64,000 nucleotides of DNA, from IMG/VR virus record IMGVR_UViG_3300026549_000051, positions 32,001-96,000 of that record; one strand, written 5' to 3'. Positions 16,864 to 25,631 of this stretch are shown one piece after another; within the stretch, counting starts at the first letter, position 1; each line of letters opens with the position of its first letter. The notes beneath the pieces were generated by a model. That model was not told the origin of the DNA, ran no database searches, and saw nothing but the letters and a program-made list of their open reading frames with translations. The position numbers and the translations under genes are program-made. Source of the DNA: a virus. Its lineage: Duplodnaviria > Caudoviricetes.

Positions 16864-18067
16864 TTTGACACCACACTTTCTCCGAAAAATCTTGCTTATT
16901 CTTTAAGCACCTCATAATATCCTTTTCTATTGTATCACAACAATAACAGTAGTAGAAGAACATCGGCTTAGTTTGCCCGATACGCTTAATGCGACCGCGT
17001 GCCTGTAATGATGTGCTATATGAGTAATTCGGCGATACCGAGCACCAGTAGTGCATGAACTGTAAGTTCAACGCTTCGCCACCACTAGCGTAGTGAGCGA
17101 CCACGATGTCATATTTGCCTATCGTATCAGGTGTAGGTATCTCATGGTGCTTACCATCAATTCGCCATATCTTCGTCCCCTTAGGCAGAGCCTTCTTGGC
17201 TATTTCGCAAACCACCTCTTCCTCTTCAATGTAATTACAGAAGAAGACGCAGTTATCGCCCAGCCCCTCGATGAACTCCGACAGCCACTCTTGCTTCTCC
17301 TTAGTGAAGCATATCTGCCTGAGGTAATGGCACAAGCCCATCGTGGTTTCGATGAACTCGCCATCCTCTTTGGTGCGGGTCTTCATAATCTTGCGATAGT
17401 TCTTTGGGGCTTTGAACTCAACCACCTTATGTGTTTCCTTTGGCAACTCCCTGAACATCTGAGAGGCATCAGGCGTGGTAACAATGTCATCCCACATCTT
17501 CTTCAACTCATCGACCCTTACATAGTGGTCTATCTCTGGGAAGCCTCGGTATGTATGGACTATGGCATAATTATTCATAAAGTCCGTCTTGTGCTTGACC
17601 TTCCCACACACTGTAAAGTATGTAATAAAGTCTTTCCAGTCGTCCCCAGGCGTGGCTGTGTAGCCAGTCCATACTGTGCAATGGTCGCAGATACGACGGA
17701 AGCCATACCCCATACCAGTCGTATATCCCTTGCACTTCTGCACCTCATCGAACGCGAAGGCATAATTGCCGAGTCGTAATAGAGGCAACTGCAATGAATA
17801 TTTATCCAGCTTGTGCCACGAGATTACCTCAAAACTTTCAAGACTGTCGAGCCATTCCTGACCGTTCCATAGCACGGCTTCCTTCTGCATATCACCTGAC
17901 CTAGCCTTAGTGGCTGTTGTAACGATTACAACACGCTTCCTGCCAGTATCTCTCAGCCAGTTAAACATCACGGCAGTCTTACCTGCACCAGTTGGCAGAA
18001 TGCAAATGCGACTCCCAGCGTCAAGATCGGCAACAGCCTGCTCTTGGAACTTATACAGGCTAGGCAT
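16835..18067 (-). CDS. SF2 (SNF2-like) helicase
   Basis: LPTGAGKT, FDEVQ, YTATP, GGEALNLQ, QARGRIKRIGQ. Confidence 0.9.
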   Translation of the reverse strand: MPSLYKFQEQAVADLDAGSRICILPTGAGKTAVMFNWLRDTGRKRVVIVTTATKARSGDMQKEAVLWNGQEWLDSLESFEVISWHKLDKYSLQLPLLRLGNYAFAFDEVQKCKGYTTGMGYGFRRICDHCTVWTGYTATPGDDWKDFITYFTVCGKVKHKTDFMNNYAIVHTYRGFPEIDHYVRVDELKKMWDDIVTTPDASQMFRELPKETHKVVEFKAPKNYRKIMKTRTKEDGEFIETTMGLCHYLRQICFTKEKQEWLSEFIEGLGDNCVFFCNYIEEEEVVCEIAKKALPKGTKIWRIDGKHHEIPTPDTIGKYDIVVAHYASGGEALNLQFMHYWCSVSPNYSYSTSLQARGRIKRIGQTKPMFFYYCYCCDTIEKDIMRCLKNKQDFSEKVWCQNEDRTRENA

Positions 18068-18386
18068 AGTATTCGCTCTTGATACGAGTTTTCTTCTCTA
18101 AGATAGCACGGACTTCGTCTGATGTATTCGCCTGCATTACCTCAAAGATGAGTTCCTGCATGGCTTGCTCACGGCGTGCCTCGCGTCGGCGTCGGTTGCC
18201 TGATGCATTAGAAGCAATACGCTTCTTACGAAACTCGTCATCAGTATGGTAGCGATTAGTAATGTTCTTTGTGGTCGTTTTTGTGTGTGCCTTACGGCGA
18301 CATTCTTCCGAGCAAACTTGTGGCACTCTGCCACGCTTCTTCTCCACTTCAAACTCTTTGCCACAGATTTTGCATTTAACTAACAT
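18060..18386 (-). CDS. Zn-finger basic protein
   Basis: CKICGKEF..CSEEC. Confidence 0.65.
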   Translation of the reverse strand: MLVKCKICGKEFEVEKKRGRVPQVCSEECRRKAHTKTTTKNITNRYHTDDEFRKKRIASNASGNRRRREARREQAMQELIFEVMQANTSDEVRAILEKKTRIKSEYYA

Positions 18387-18841
18387 CGTCCGTTCCTTTC
18401 TGCTAGTTCATCTAGCGTATATTTTTGGTCTGATACCATATCTTGGATACACTCTTCCTCAAAGTCGGCGAGTGCATCTGCCAACCAGTCCCTCGCGTAA
18501 TATAGTATATCGCTATACTCTTCATCGGTTAGGTCAAGGTGTTGGTCTTCAATATAGTCTATGAGGTTGCCCTCACAGGCTTGCTCGCAGAGGTCTTCAA
18601 AGTTTTCAAAGTAATATTCAGTATGTCCCTCATCGTCCTCGCCAGCCCCATACTCAGCGTTGGCACGCAACCAACTGCGTAGGTTTTCCATATGTAAAGT
18701 CTTCGCATAAACCTGCTCGCCGATACGCTTGATGTCTGCTTCTTGAACAGCATTATAAAATGCTTTGTCGTACTTATGTGGCTCAGGCATGAGGTCATCA
18801 ATGCCCTCTTTAATCGCCAACAAATCTTTAATCTTGCTCAT
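18380..18841 (-). CDS. Acidic hypothetical protein
   Basis: Start moved to MSKIKD (GGAGG RBS). Confidence 0.65.
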   Translation of the reverse strand: MSKIKDLLAIKEGIDDLMPEPHKYDKAFYNAVQEADIKRIGEQVYAKTLHMENLRSWLRANAEYGAGEDDEGHTEYYFENFEDLCEQACEGNLIDYIEDQHLDLTDEEYSDILYYARDWLADALADFEEECIQDMVSDQKYTLDELAERNGRC

Positions 18842-19256
18842 CTTCGTTGTCCTCCACCTTATCAATAAACTGCTGTGCTTTGTTATAAAAATCGTCAAAC
18901 ATATCTTGGCACAACTCCAAATGTTCCTGTAAATGTTTTGGCTCGGCTGGGGCAGGGGCAGAAGATGATGATAGTGAAGCCCTAGTCATATCGAAGAGGG
19001 CTTTGTGAATATCGCCCTGTCGCTTGCCGAACTTTGCCATGTGGTTTTCAAGGCTATCGAAACTCCAATGCTCTTCGCCATCTCCCCAACCATTCTCATC
19101 TAGGGGTTCATTGCCTACCTCAATGTCGCAATGCCACTCGCCTTGCCCATCTCGGTTCTGGTCGCTCGCATAGATATAATAATGGTCATAGCGTTTAATG
19201 TCGTTTAATAGTCGGTGCAAGTCTGACACCTTCATTACAATATTCTTATCTTCCAT
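18828..19256 (-). CDS. Hypothetical protein
   Basis: AGGAG RBS, operon coupling. Confidence 0.65.
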   Translation of the reverse strand: MEDKNIVMKVSDLHRLLNDIKRYDHYYIYASDQNRDGQGEWHCDIEVGNEPLDENGWGDGEEHWSFDSLENHMAKFGKRQGDIHKALFDMTRASLSSSSAPAPAEPKHLQEHLELCQDMFDDFYNKAQQFIDKVEDNEDEQD

Positions 19257-19266
19257 GGTCTTCTCC

Positions 19267-19752
19267 TTATAGGTCAGCAGTCATCATGCAATAACCTTTT
19301 TGTTTAAGTTCGTTATAGATATTCAAGCCTAACTGAACACGGCTCGCAGCCAACTCCTTCTCGCTACTAATAGGGTACATAACTGGCTTGTCATCCCCCA
19401 TGTGATAACCACATGCCTTATGCCCCATAGCGTCCTTAGTCTGTTCTTCGGTCAAGTAATACTTGGCTAAGTCTTCCCACACATAATTCCCCACATCGTC
19501 TAGTTCATACTTGCGTTCATCTTTTGGCACGCCCAGTATATCGTACTGTTTGTCTAATCGCTTCTTGATACGCTCGGCATCATAGCACTCGTAATCTACA
19601 TAGCATTCGCCGTAGCCATCATCCTCTCCCTGGTCGGCATCATCTGCTGGGACTTCGTTCATCCCATAAATATCTTTGGGGTCGGTGCTTGGTTGCACGG
19701 CAAACCAAAACTTACCTTCCCTGCCTGAATTAAAATAGTAATATCTTCCCAT
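19267..19752 (-). CDS. Hypothetical protein (MGRYY..GKFWFAVQPS)
   Basis: RBS and its own promoter. Confidence 0.7.
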   Translation of the reverse strand: MGRYYYFNSGREGKFWFAVQPSTDPKDIYGMNEVPADDADQGEDDGYGECYVDYECYDAERIKKRLDKQYDILGVPKDERKYELDDVGNYVWEDLAKYYLTEEQTKDAMGHKACGYHMGDDKPVMYPISSEKELAASRVQLGLNIYNELKQKGYCMMTADL

Positions 19753-19794
19753 AGTTTTTTCTCCAATTAGTTTTAATAGTTCCCCTCTGATTTA

Positions 19795-19823
19795 ATACTA
19801 GCACACTTGCTAACTATTGTCAA
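19795..19823 (-). promoter_or_regulatory. Sigma70-type early promoter
   Basis: TTGACA-17-TAGTAT with extended TG. Confidence 0.75.
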
Positions 19824-19825
19824 TA

Positions 19826-20065
19826 CTATTCTTCCATCTCCTTATATAATTCATTACGCAACTCGCTCAATGCATATGGCATGTGTCCATAGTTCATGTG
19901 CATTAGCCAAATCAACATGGCTGTTCGCATATGCTCTTCTCGTCCATCAATGATGGCTTCAATAACAGCACGCTCGCTGTGCCAGTTCTCATCGGTCAAT
20001 TTATCTAAGAATTGTTGCACGGTCATCTTATCTATTTCTGTGGCTGAGTTATTCCAGTATGCCAT
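19826..20065 (-). CDS. Early hypothetical protein
   Basis: RBS, TAATG coupling. Confidence 0.65.
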   Translation of the reverse strand: MAYWNNSATEIDKMTVQQFLDKLTDENWHSERAVIEAIIDGREEHMRTAMLIWLMHMNYGHMPYALSELRNELYKEMEE

Positions 20066-20391
20066 TACTTATTCTCCTTTCTTAATTGCTTAACGCACTC
20101 ATAACATAAGGCACAATAATCTTCATCTTCTGCCATGATGTTATCAATTAAATCTTGGTCGTATTCAGGGTCAAGATATTCAACCCAACACAACTCTTCG
20201 CTAGGGTACAACGCCCCACACTTGTCGCAGATATTGAACTCTATCGGCATTAACACATCATCTATTGCTTCTATCGGTTCATCTCCCTCGTACTCTGCAC
20301 AACTAATCTCCAAATTGAGGTCATCAAAATAGCCTATGCTGTTGTGCCTTACTCGGCTCTGCAACTCTTCTATCTTCTCTTGTCGTGTCAT
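20065..20391 (-). CDS. Early Zn-binding hypothetical protein
   Basis: CDKC..CYEC. Confidence 0.65.
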   Translation of the reverse strand: MTRQEKIEELQSRVRHNSIGYFDDLNLEISCAEYEGDEPIEAIDDVLMPIEFNICDKCGALYPSEELCWVEYLDPEYDQDLIDNIMAEDEDYCALCYECVKQLRKENK

Positions 20392-20597
20392 AGTTCAATA
20401 TAATCTCCATCTTCCGTTATTACATTATGCCCTTGAAACTCCAAACGATACCACTCTTCGCCCTCTTGCCCACACTCTTTACACTTGTATGGGAAGTAGC
20501 ACATATCGTCTGTGTATTTAATCGGTTGGTAGTCCAAACTAATCTCCCCACATCTCGGACACTCGCCTTGTCTGTTCATATAGTCTTCTTTATTCAT
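20388..20597 (-). CDS. Early Zn-ribbon protein
   Basis: CPRC..CKEC. Confidence 0.65.
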   Translation of the reverse strand: MNKEDYMNRQGECPRCGEISLDYQPIKYTDDMCYFPYKCKECGQEGEEWYRLEFQGHNVITEDGDYIEL

Positions 20598-20760
20598 CTT
20601 CTTCCTCTGCTTTCTTATTAGCGTTTAATACTATTTCCACATCTTTAATCATGTCGTTGATATCGCCATAGCGACAACTGCCACCATCATTAAAATCTTT
20701 GATGTCATCAGCAAACCATAGCGACTGCAACTCCCAGTCAATTACTAGATATCTGCTCAT
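20590..20760 (-). CDS. 56-aa early protein (not in ORF track)
   Basis: MSRYLVIDWELQSLWFADD..; fills the gap, overlapping both neighbours. Confidence 0.6.
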   Translation of the reverse strand: MSRYLVIDWELQSLWFADDIKDFNDGGSCRYGDINDMIKDVEIVLNANKKAEEEDE

Positions 20761-20966
20761 CTTCCACTCCCATCTGTGGCTAGGTTAGCACCTGCCATCA
20801 AGTCCATCATGATATTCACATAGCGTTCTTTCTCTGCCCCCTCACTACACATAGCACAGCCATAAAAATACTTAACGGCTTCGGCTCGGTCTTCCCACTT
20901 ATCAATATGCCCATAGCATATGGTCGTGATATCTTCTTTTCCCTTGATTTCTTTTTTGCTTGACAT
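20757..20966 (-). CDS. Early hypothetical protein
   Basis: AGGAG RBS; CSEGAEKERY. Confidence 0.65.
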   Translation of the reverse strand: MSSKKEIKGKEDITTICYGHIDKWEDRAEAVKYFYGCAMCSEGAEKERYVNIMMDLMAGANLATDGSGR

Positions 20967-20983
20967 TTTCTTCTCCTTTCTTA

Positions 20984-21259
20984 TTAATAGTCCAGCATTA
21001 CCCAGTCTAGGTCATCGTCTGTGTAGCCCCAAAAGTCCAACAACCTTTGTGCTACCTCTTCAAGTTCTAGGTCTTTGATATACTCAGATGTCATCATCTG
21101 CCCACCATCTTCTAGCACTACATCTTCCCCATCAACACCATATACTGATGTCATCATGTAGTCTTTCAAGCCTTCGGCTTCATCTTCTTTGGTCAAGTTA
21201 TCGCCAGTCCCCTCAACTGCCGTAATTAACTTGTTGATATCTCTAATAAAAAGTATCAT
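20984..21259 (-). CDS. Early acidic hypothetical protein
   Basis: RBS, coupling. Confidence 0.65.
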   Translation of the reverse strand: MILFIRDINKLITAVEGTGDNLTKEDEAEGLKDYMMTSVYGVDGEDVVLEDGGQMMTSEYIKDLELEEVAQRLLDFWGYTDDDLDWVMLDY

Positions 21260-21723
21260 TACTTTTCTCCTAACCAGTCTGCTACTGTTTTATTACCGTT
21301 GCTAATACCATCAGCATATTCTTGGGCTTTGTTCGTTCCCATCATGCCATCAAGTTCTTGTAGTTTCTTATAGGTGTTCAACTGCTCTTCGGTCATGGCT
21401 GGCTTCTCTTTCTCCTTTTCTCGTTGAATAAAGTACAAGATGTCTTCGGCGTGCATTTCACAATACGCTTCTGATAACATATACTCCTGTGCCACAGCAT
21501 ACGCTTGCTTGTCGGTCAGTTTAATATCGTGGTTCTCTGCCACATACTCTACATCTTCCTTAACCCACTCCAAGTCTTCACGCTCTTTAATCTTGATATA
21601 CTCTTCACGCAAATCATGGGCTAGGGCTTCAATGCTCCATGATGGGTCATCTGCTTCGCTTTCGCCAAAGTTCTTCTTAACCCACTCATACAAAAATGTC
21701 TTAAATGCTTCTTCTACATTCAT
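21259..21723 (-). CDS. Early hypothetical protein
   Basis: Start moved to MNVEEAF, just after the upstream stop. Confidence 0.65.
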   Translation of the reverse strand: MNVEEAFKTFLYEWVKKNFGESEADDPSWSIEALAHDLREEYIKIKEREDLEWVKEDVEYVAENHDIKLTDKQAYAVAQEYMLSEAYCEMHAEDILYFIQREKEKEKPAMTEEQLNTYKKLQELDGMMGTNKAQEYADGISNGNKTVADWLGEK

Positions 21724-21724
21724 C

Positions 21725-21985
21725 TTAAAAGTCCTTTCCGATATATACTCGTTTAAGTAATTTACTCTTGCCGTTGCCAAACAAATTGGCTTGGCATTTT
21801 GGGCATAGCCCAGTCTTGATGAACTCACGCTCCACAGCGTTCAGTTCTCCAAACAACTCTTGAATATACCCATGCCCATGCTCATACTCATAGAGTTTTT
21901 TCATCTGTTCTTCATCTAGTGGCAAGCCATAGTCATCACTACAACTCGGACATCGTATAATCAATTCGTCTTCGCCTACCATCAT
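21725..21985 (-). CDS. Early Zn-binding protein
   Basis: CPSC..EREFIKTGLCPKC. Confidence 0.7.
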   Translation of the reverse strand: MMVGEDELIIRCPSCSDDYGLPLDEEQMKKLYEYEHGHGYIQELFGELNAVEREFIKTGLCPKCQANLFGNGKSKLLKRVYIGKDF

Positions 21986-22200
21986 GCTTCTTCTCCAATT
22001 AACTCAAAATCTTCATTATATAGTTCCACCCCTAATGCGTGTGCCAGCTCATTTAGCACCCACTCTTTGCCACTATTAAAATAATATTCATCTCTATACT
22101 TACGCTTATCTCCTTTCTGCTTTTTAATCGTATCGTTCAAGGCTTCTAACTCTGCCTTGTATTTTCGGCGTATAATCTTAGCCAATTCACTCTGCTTCAT
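21982..22200 (-). CDS. Early hypothetical protein
   Basis: Start MKQSEL with GGGAG RBS. Confidence 0.6.
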   Translation of the reverse strand: MKQSELAKIIRRKYKAELEALNDTIKKQKGDKRKYRDEYYFNSGKEWVLNELAHALGVELYNEDFELIGEEA

Positions 22201-22405
22201 AAAACTCCCTTTCGCTTTTATCATTAGCCTTAATGCTTAGCACATACTCAACACCGTCAATAACTATCGCTATCTTCGGCTCACCATTATCTTGCCAGTC
22301 ATTAGCCACACACATATCTTTTGCCATGCTTGGCTCAAACTGTTCTTGCTCATCATTATCTGCTAACTTGTCGTATATCATGTCCATTAATTTATACTTG
22401 TCCAT
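22187..22405 (-). CDS. Early hypothetical protein
   Basis: Operon position. Confidence 0.6.
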   Translation of the reverse strand: MDKYKLMDMIYDKLADNDEQEQFEPSMAKDMCVANDWQDNGEPKIAIVIDGVEYVLSIKANDKSEREFYEAE

Positions 22406-22408
22406 ATC

Positions 22409-22948
22409 TTATAGCCTTTCTTCTCTTAAAATGCTTCGCAACTCATAGTGTGCCACGCCGTCCATAAGCCCATATGCTTCTTCACGCAATGCCACGATTT
22501 TGTTCGCTATCTCATCAAAATTACTCAGCACATCTTCTAACTCATTAGCAATATGCTTATAGTATTCAATACGCTTGCTAATCTCTGCTTCTATCTCATC
22601 TGGTGTCAATTCAATGCAAGGGTGTAAATACTGCCCACGATTTATTAGCCGTCCTTGCTTCTCATACTCTTTCGCTTCTTCCTTGTCAAACACAGTCTTA
22701 GTGATGTTAATGGTGTCATCAAAATAATGCCCATTGTCATCACGCTTGCACACACTAATCTCTTTTTCGCTTGCGTTGTATCTGTTATTGCGAATTGCCC
22801 CCTTAGTAAAGTTCTGTGCAAGGTTCTTGAAGTCCTTGCCGTCCTTAGTCTTATAGCGTTCAATATCTGCCCATGCTTCAATAAGCACATCACATTCATG
22901 CTTGCGTTGTTCTAGTTTTTTCTTCGCTTGTTCTGCGTAATAGTCCAT
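22409..22948 (-). CDS. Early hypothetical protein
   Basis: AAGGA RBS, own promoter. Confidence 0.7.
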   Translation of the reverse strand: MDYYAEQAKKKLEQRKHECDVLIEAWADIERYKTKDGKDFKNLAQNFTKGAIRNNRYNASEKEISVCKRDDNGHYFDDTINITKTVFDKEEAKEYEKQGRLINRGQYLHPCIELTPDEIEAEISKRIEYYKHIANELEDVLSNFDEIANKIVALREEAYGLMDGVAHYELRSILREERL

Positions 22949-22979
22949 AATATTCCTTTCACTTTTACTTTATAATCTT

Positions 22980-23008
22980 AGTATAGCAAACTATTCTTTA
23001 ATTGTCAA
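22980..23008 (-). promoter_or_regulatory. Sigma70-type early promoter
   Basis: TTGACA-17-TATACT with extended TG. Confidence 0.8.
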
Positions 23009-23267
23009 TACTATTTACTCCATAAGTTATAATAAACTTTACATTTTTAATTGTGTCGGTGTCATAGCCACCACCTGCCACTAGTGCTAAATCATGCTTA
23101 ATATAACTATCAATAGCATCCTTGCACCAAAAACTATCTGTATCTATGTGGTATATATCGCAAAACTCAAACTCGTTATTGCGTTCTGCTTCGTCAATAT
23201 ATTTTAAGTCAGGGTGGTTCTTCTTTACCTTATACTTAATTACACCCTTAACATTTATAATTGCCAT
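22998..23267 (-). CDS. Early hypothetical protein
   Basis: YIKHDLALVAGGGY; 89-aa ORF. Confidence 0.65.
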   Translation of the reverse strand: MAIINVKGVIKYKVKKNHPDLKYIDEAERNNEFEFCDIYHIDTDSFWCKDAIDSYIKHDLALVAGGGYDTDTIKNVKFIITYGVNSIDN

Positions 23268-23744
23268 AGTGTTTATACCCTTTTGCGATTATTAATAACA
23301 TTAAAGCCGTTTATAGTTATCGCATTACCATAAACGGCTTATTGTATTATCAATTTTCACATGAAATTATTTGGCTTATGCTATACGGCGTTTCTATGTC
23401 TATACTTTACCCATAAGCCCATTTTTCTCGTAAAATTATGGTATTAGTCGGTCATCTATTATATGCCTTAGTCTATACCCACTTAAAACGCTAGTGTTAT
23501 GGCTTGCTATTGCCCACTAGTCAAATTGTCAAAATACAGGACGCATAATTCTAGTTATGCTAGCCAGCCCCTTACCCTATACACGATTACATCATTCTTT
23601 TTGATGTTGATAATAGCATCAAAAACATTGTCTGCTTACGCTATCTGTCGGGGTGCTTTGAATAATAAAATCTCAGTTGCATAATTTATAGTTGTCATGC
23701 TTAACTATGTGCGATAAATTAATTAATTAACTTATCATAATTAC

Positions 23745-23773
23745 ATTATAAGCCATATGTGCTAAAAAGTCAA
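23745..23773 (-). promoter_or_regulatory. Sigma70-type early promoter
   Basis: TTGACT-17-TATAAT; a second TG-TATAAT at 23914-23922. Confidence 0.75.
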
Positions 23774-24092
23774 GCATATTTTTAAAAAATGTTATAGTTT
23801 TTTGTTTAAGCCTTGATTAAATTACTTATGCTAATCTAAAAAACTTAATACGCTAATTTAGTTTAACGGCTTTAATGTGCTTAGATAGTTATTTATTAAC
23901 TTATCTTGATTAAATTATAGCACACTTATTCAATGTTGCATAGACTTGATTTTTAAGATTTTTGATGTTCTAATATAGACTATATGCCAAAATTAGATTA
24001 AAACAGTAATAACACATAATATGCAATTTTGAGCCTACTTTTAAAAAAAACGGCTTTACTTACTTAATAATTTATTAATTTTGTCAAGTTTA

Positions 24093-24201
24093 GCATAATC
24101 ATCAATAGCAAAAGCAAAAGCATTAGCAATATAAACGCATGGACGCATACACACATACATGGGGAAGCCGACGCCACCTCCTCCTTTTAATCACTATCAT
24201 C
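24093..24201. repeat. Dispersed ~110-bp non-coding repeat, copy 1
   Basis: Shares GCATAA..CATCA, ACGCA..ACGCA, ATACATrGrGrmAGCCG, ACCTC and ATCACTATCATC with 25064-25174. Confidence 0.7.
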
Positions 24202-24359
24202 GCATTTATCCTACGGATAATTGCTTCTTAGCCTCCAGCTCTTGCTCCTCAGCCATCATAGAAGACACGAAGACGTGTTCTCTAGTTGCCTTGTGGGGTG
24301 CAGGGGGTTTTGACCATTAAAATCGCTCTGAGGGGCTCTGGTGAGCTCAGAGAGGCAAC

Positions 24360-24386
24360 AAAAAAGCCCCCTGGTTGGGGGCTGTT
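24360..24386 (-). terminator. Intrinsic terminator
   Basis: AGCCCCC-loop-GGGGGCT followed by a T-run on -. Confidence 0.75.
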
Positions 24387-24391
24387 CTTGC

Positions 24392-24649
24392 TTAGATGCC
24401 GAAGCGGATGCGGGCGTACTCTCGATCGAGAGGTGCTGGTTTCATATGGTTTGGCTCGACTGCTCTCCAGGTGTAGTAAGCTTCGACTTCCCATTCGTCA
24501 TCTCTGAGACCAGACTTGTTATAAGCGACATAAGAGACGGGTTCGTCTTTATACATATAACCAGTGTCGCCATATTCGCATTCAGTCAATCCGTGCTTCT
24601 CGGCGTACTCTTTAGCTTTGTAGTAGTCAGTAAAATAAATGGTTTCCAT
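24392..24649 (-). CDS. Early hypothetical protein
   Basis: AGGAG RBS, terminator downstream. Confidence 0.7.
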   Translation of the reverse strand: METIYFTDYYKAKEYAEKHGLTECEYGDTGYMYKDEPVSYVAYNKSGLRDDEWEVEAYYTWRAVEPNHMKPAPLDREYARIRFGI

Positions 24650-24696
24650 TGTAGTTTTTTCTCCTGTTGCCCCTCCGAAGAGGGGCGTTATTGTTA

Positions 24697-24939
24697 TTAT
24701 TTTGTGCTGTTTATAGCTTCAATTATCTGTTTTCTATCTTTATGCACGGCGTTCCAGAATTTTTCTGGAGAGTAGTTTTTGTTTTGTTTTCTTAGTTCGT
24801 TGTCTATTGCGTCGTGCAGTTCTTCGAGGAGGAGTCCGTCTTCAGCGTTGCCGTCACCAATGATGAAGCACCCGTCCTTAAGATGAAAACTTAAAATTGA
24901 TATGAGTTTTGCTATAACTTGGAAGTCTTTTCGAGTCAT
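24697..24939 (-). CDS. Early hypothetical protein (MTRKDFQVIA)
   Basis: AGGAG RBS, promoter upstream. Confidence 0.7.
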   Translation of the reverse strand: MTRKDFQVIAKLISILSFHLKDGCFIIGDGNAEDGLLLEELHDAIDNELRKQNKNYSPEKFWNAVHKDRKQIIEAINSTK

Positions 24940-25001
24940 AACTTTTTCTCCTGTTTAGTTGTTAACTTTCGAGATGTTTTTTCTTCACATCTCTTATTAT
25001 A

Positions 25002-25030
25002 AGGATATCAAATTATTTTAAAATTGTCAA
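25002..25030 (-). promoter_or_regulatory. Sigma70-type early promoter
   Basis: TTGACA-17-TATCCT with extended TG and A-tracts upstream. Confidence 0.65.
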
Positions 25031-25063
25031 TAACTTTTTTACACTTTTTTGCACTTTTTTTAT

Positions 25064-25174
25064 GCATAACATTCATCATCATGGCGTGCGTGTAACAAGC
25101 AACGCACCAACGCACCAACTCATATATACATAGAGGCAGCCGCGGACCTCTTTTCCTCTAATATCACTATCATC
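25064..25174. repeat. Dispersed ~110-bp non-coding repeat, copy 2
   Basis: See 24093-24201. Confidence 0.7.
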
Positions 25175-25207
25175 AGATTCCTCTCCCCGAAGGGAGAGGA
25201 TCGAGAG

Positions 25208-25381
25208 CTATTGCACTTCTGCTTCCTCCTTCACATCTTCGATGATGTGCCAATCTTCGTCGCAATGGTTGTGCTCGAAGATATCGAACTCGGTTAGAGT
25301 CATGCCCCAGCATTCTGTATCACAGTCTGGGAGGACATTTTTCTTCATGCGGTTGATTTCGCTTCTAGTAATAAATAACAT
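25208..25381 (-). CDS. 57-aa early protein (not in ORF track)
   Basis: AGGAG RBS; MLFITRSEINRMKKNVLPDCDTECWG.. Confidence 0.65.
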   Translation of the reverse strand: MLFITRSEINRMKKNVLPDCDTECWGMTLTEFDIFEHNHCDEDWHIIEDVKEEAEVQ

Positions 25382-25422
25382 AGTTTTTTCTCCTTACTGG
25401 GGCGGTTGCCCGCCCCTGTTAA

Positions 25423-25569
25423 TTAATATTCCCACCAGTGTTTATGTATGCCTCGTTTTTCGTCCTCGGCTTTTCGGGCTTTTATCTCCTTGGCGCAGGT
25501 GTAAATCGTCCAAAGGCAGAAGCCGAAGCAGATGCCGTTAATGAGGTCGATACTGTTAAGGTTTTGCAT
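25423..25569 (-). CDS. 48-aa early membrane peptide (not in ORF track)
   Basis: AGGAG RBS; MQNLNSIDLINGICFGFCLWTIYTCAKEIKARK.. Confidence 0.6.
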   Translation of the reverse strand: MQNLNSIDLINGICFGFCLWTIYTCAKEIKARKAEDEKRGIHKHWWEY

Positions 25570-25631
25570 TTTTCTCCTTATGCCACCCCCGTGGGGCGCT
25601 TGGGGGGTGGCTAGTTATTAAAATTTAGCAG

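Noticed and set aside
16204-16950. Group I intron in the helicase
   Set aside because: The HNH ORF fills the insert, leaving no room for a ribozyme core, and the helicase already has a complete replacement end.
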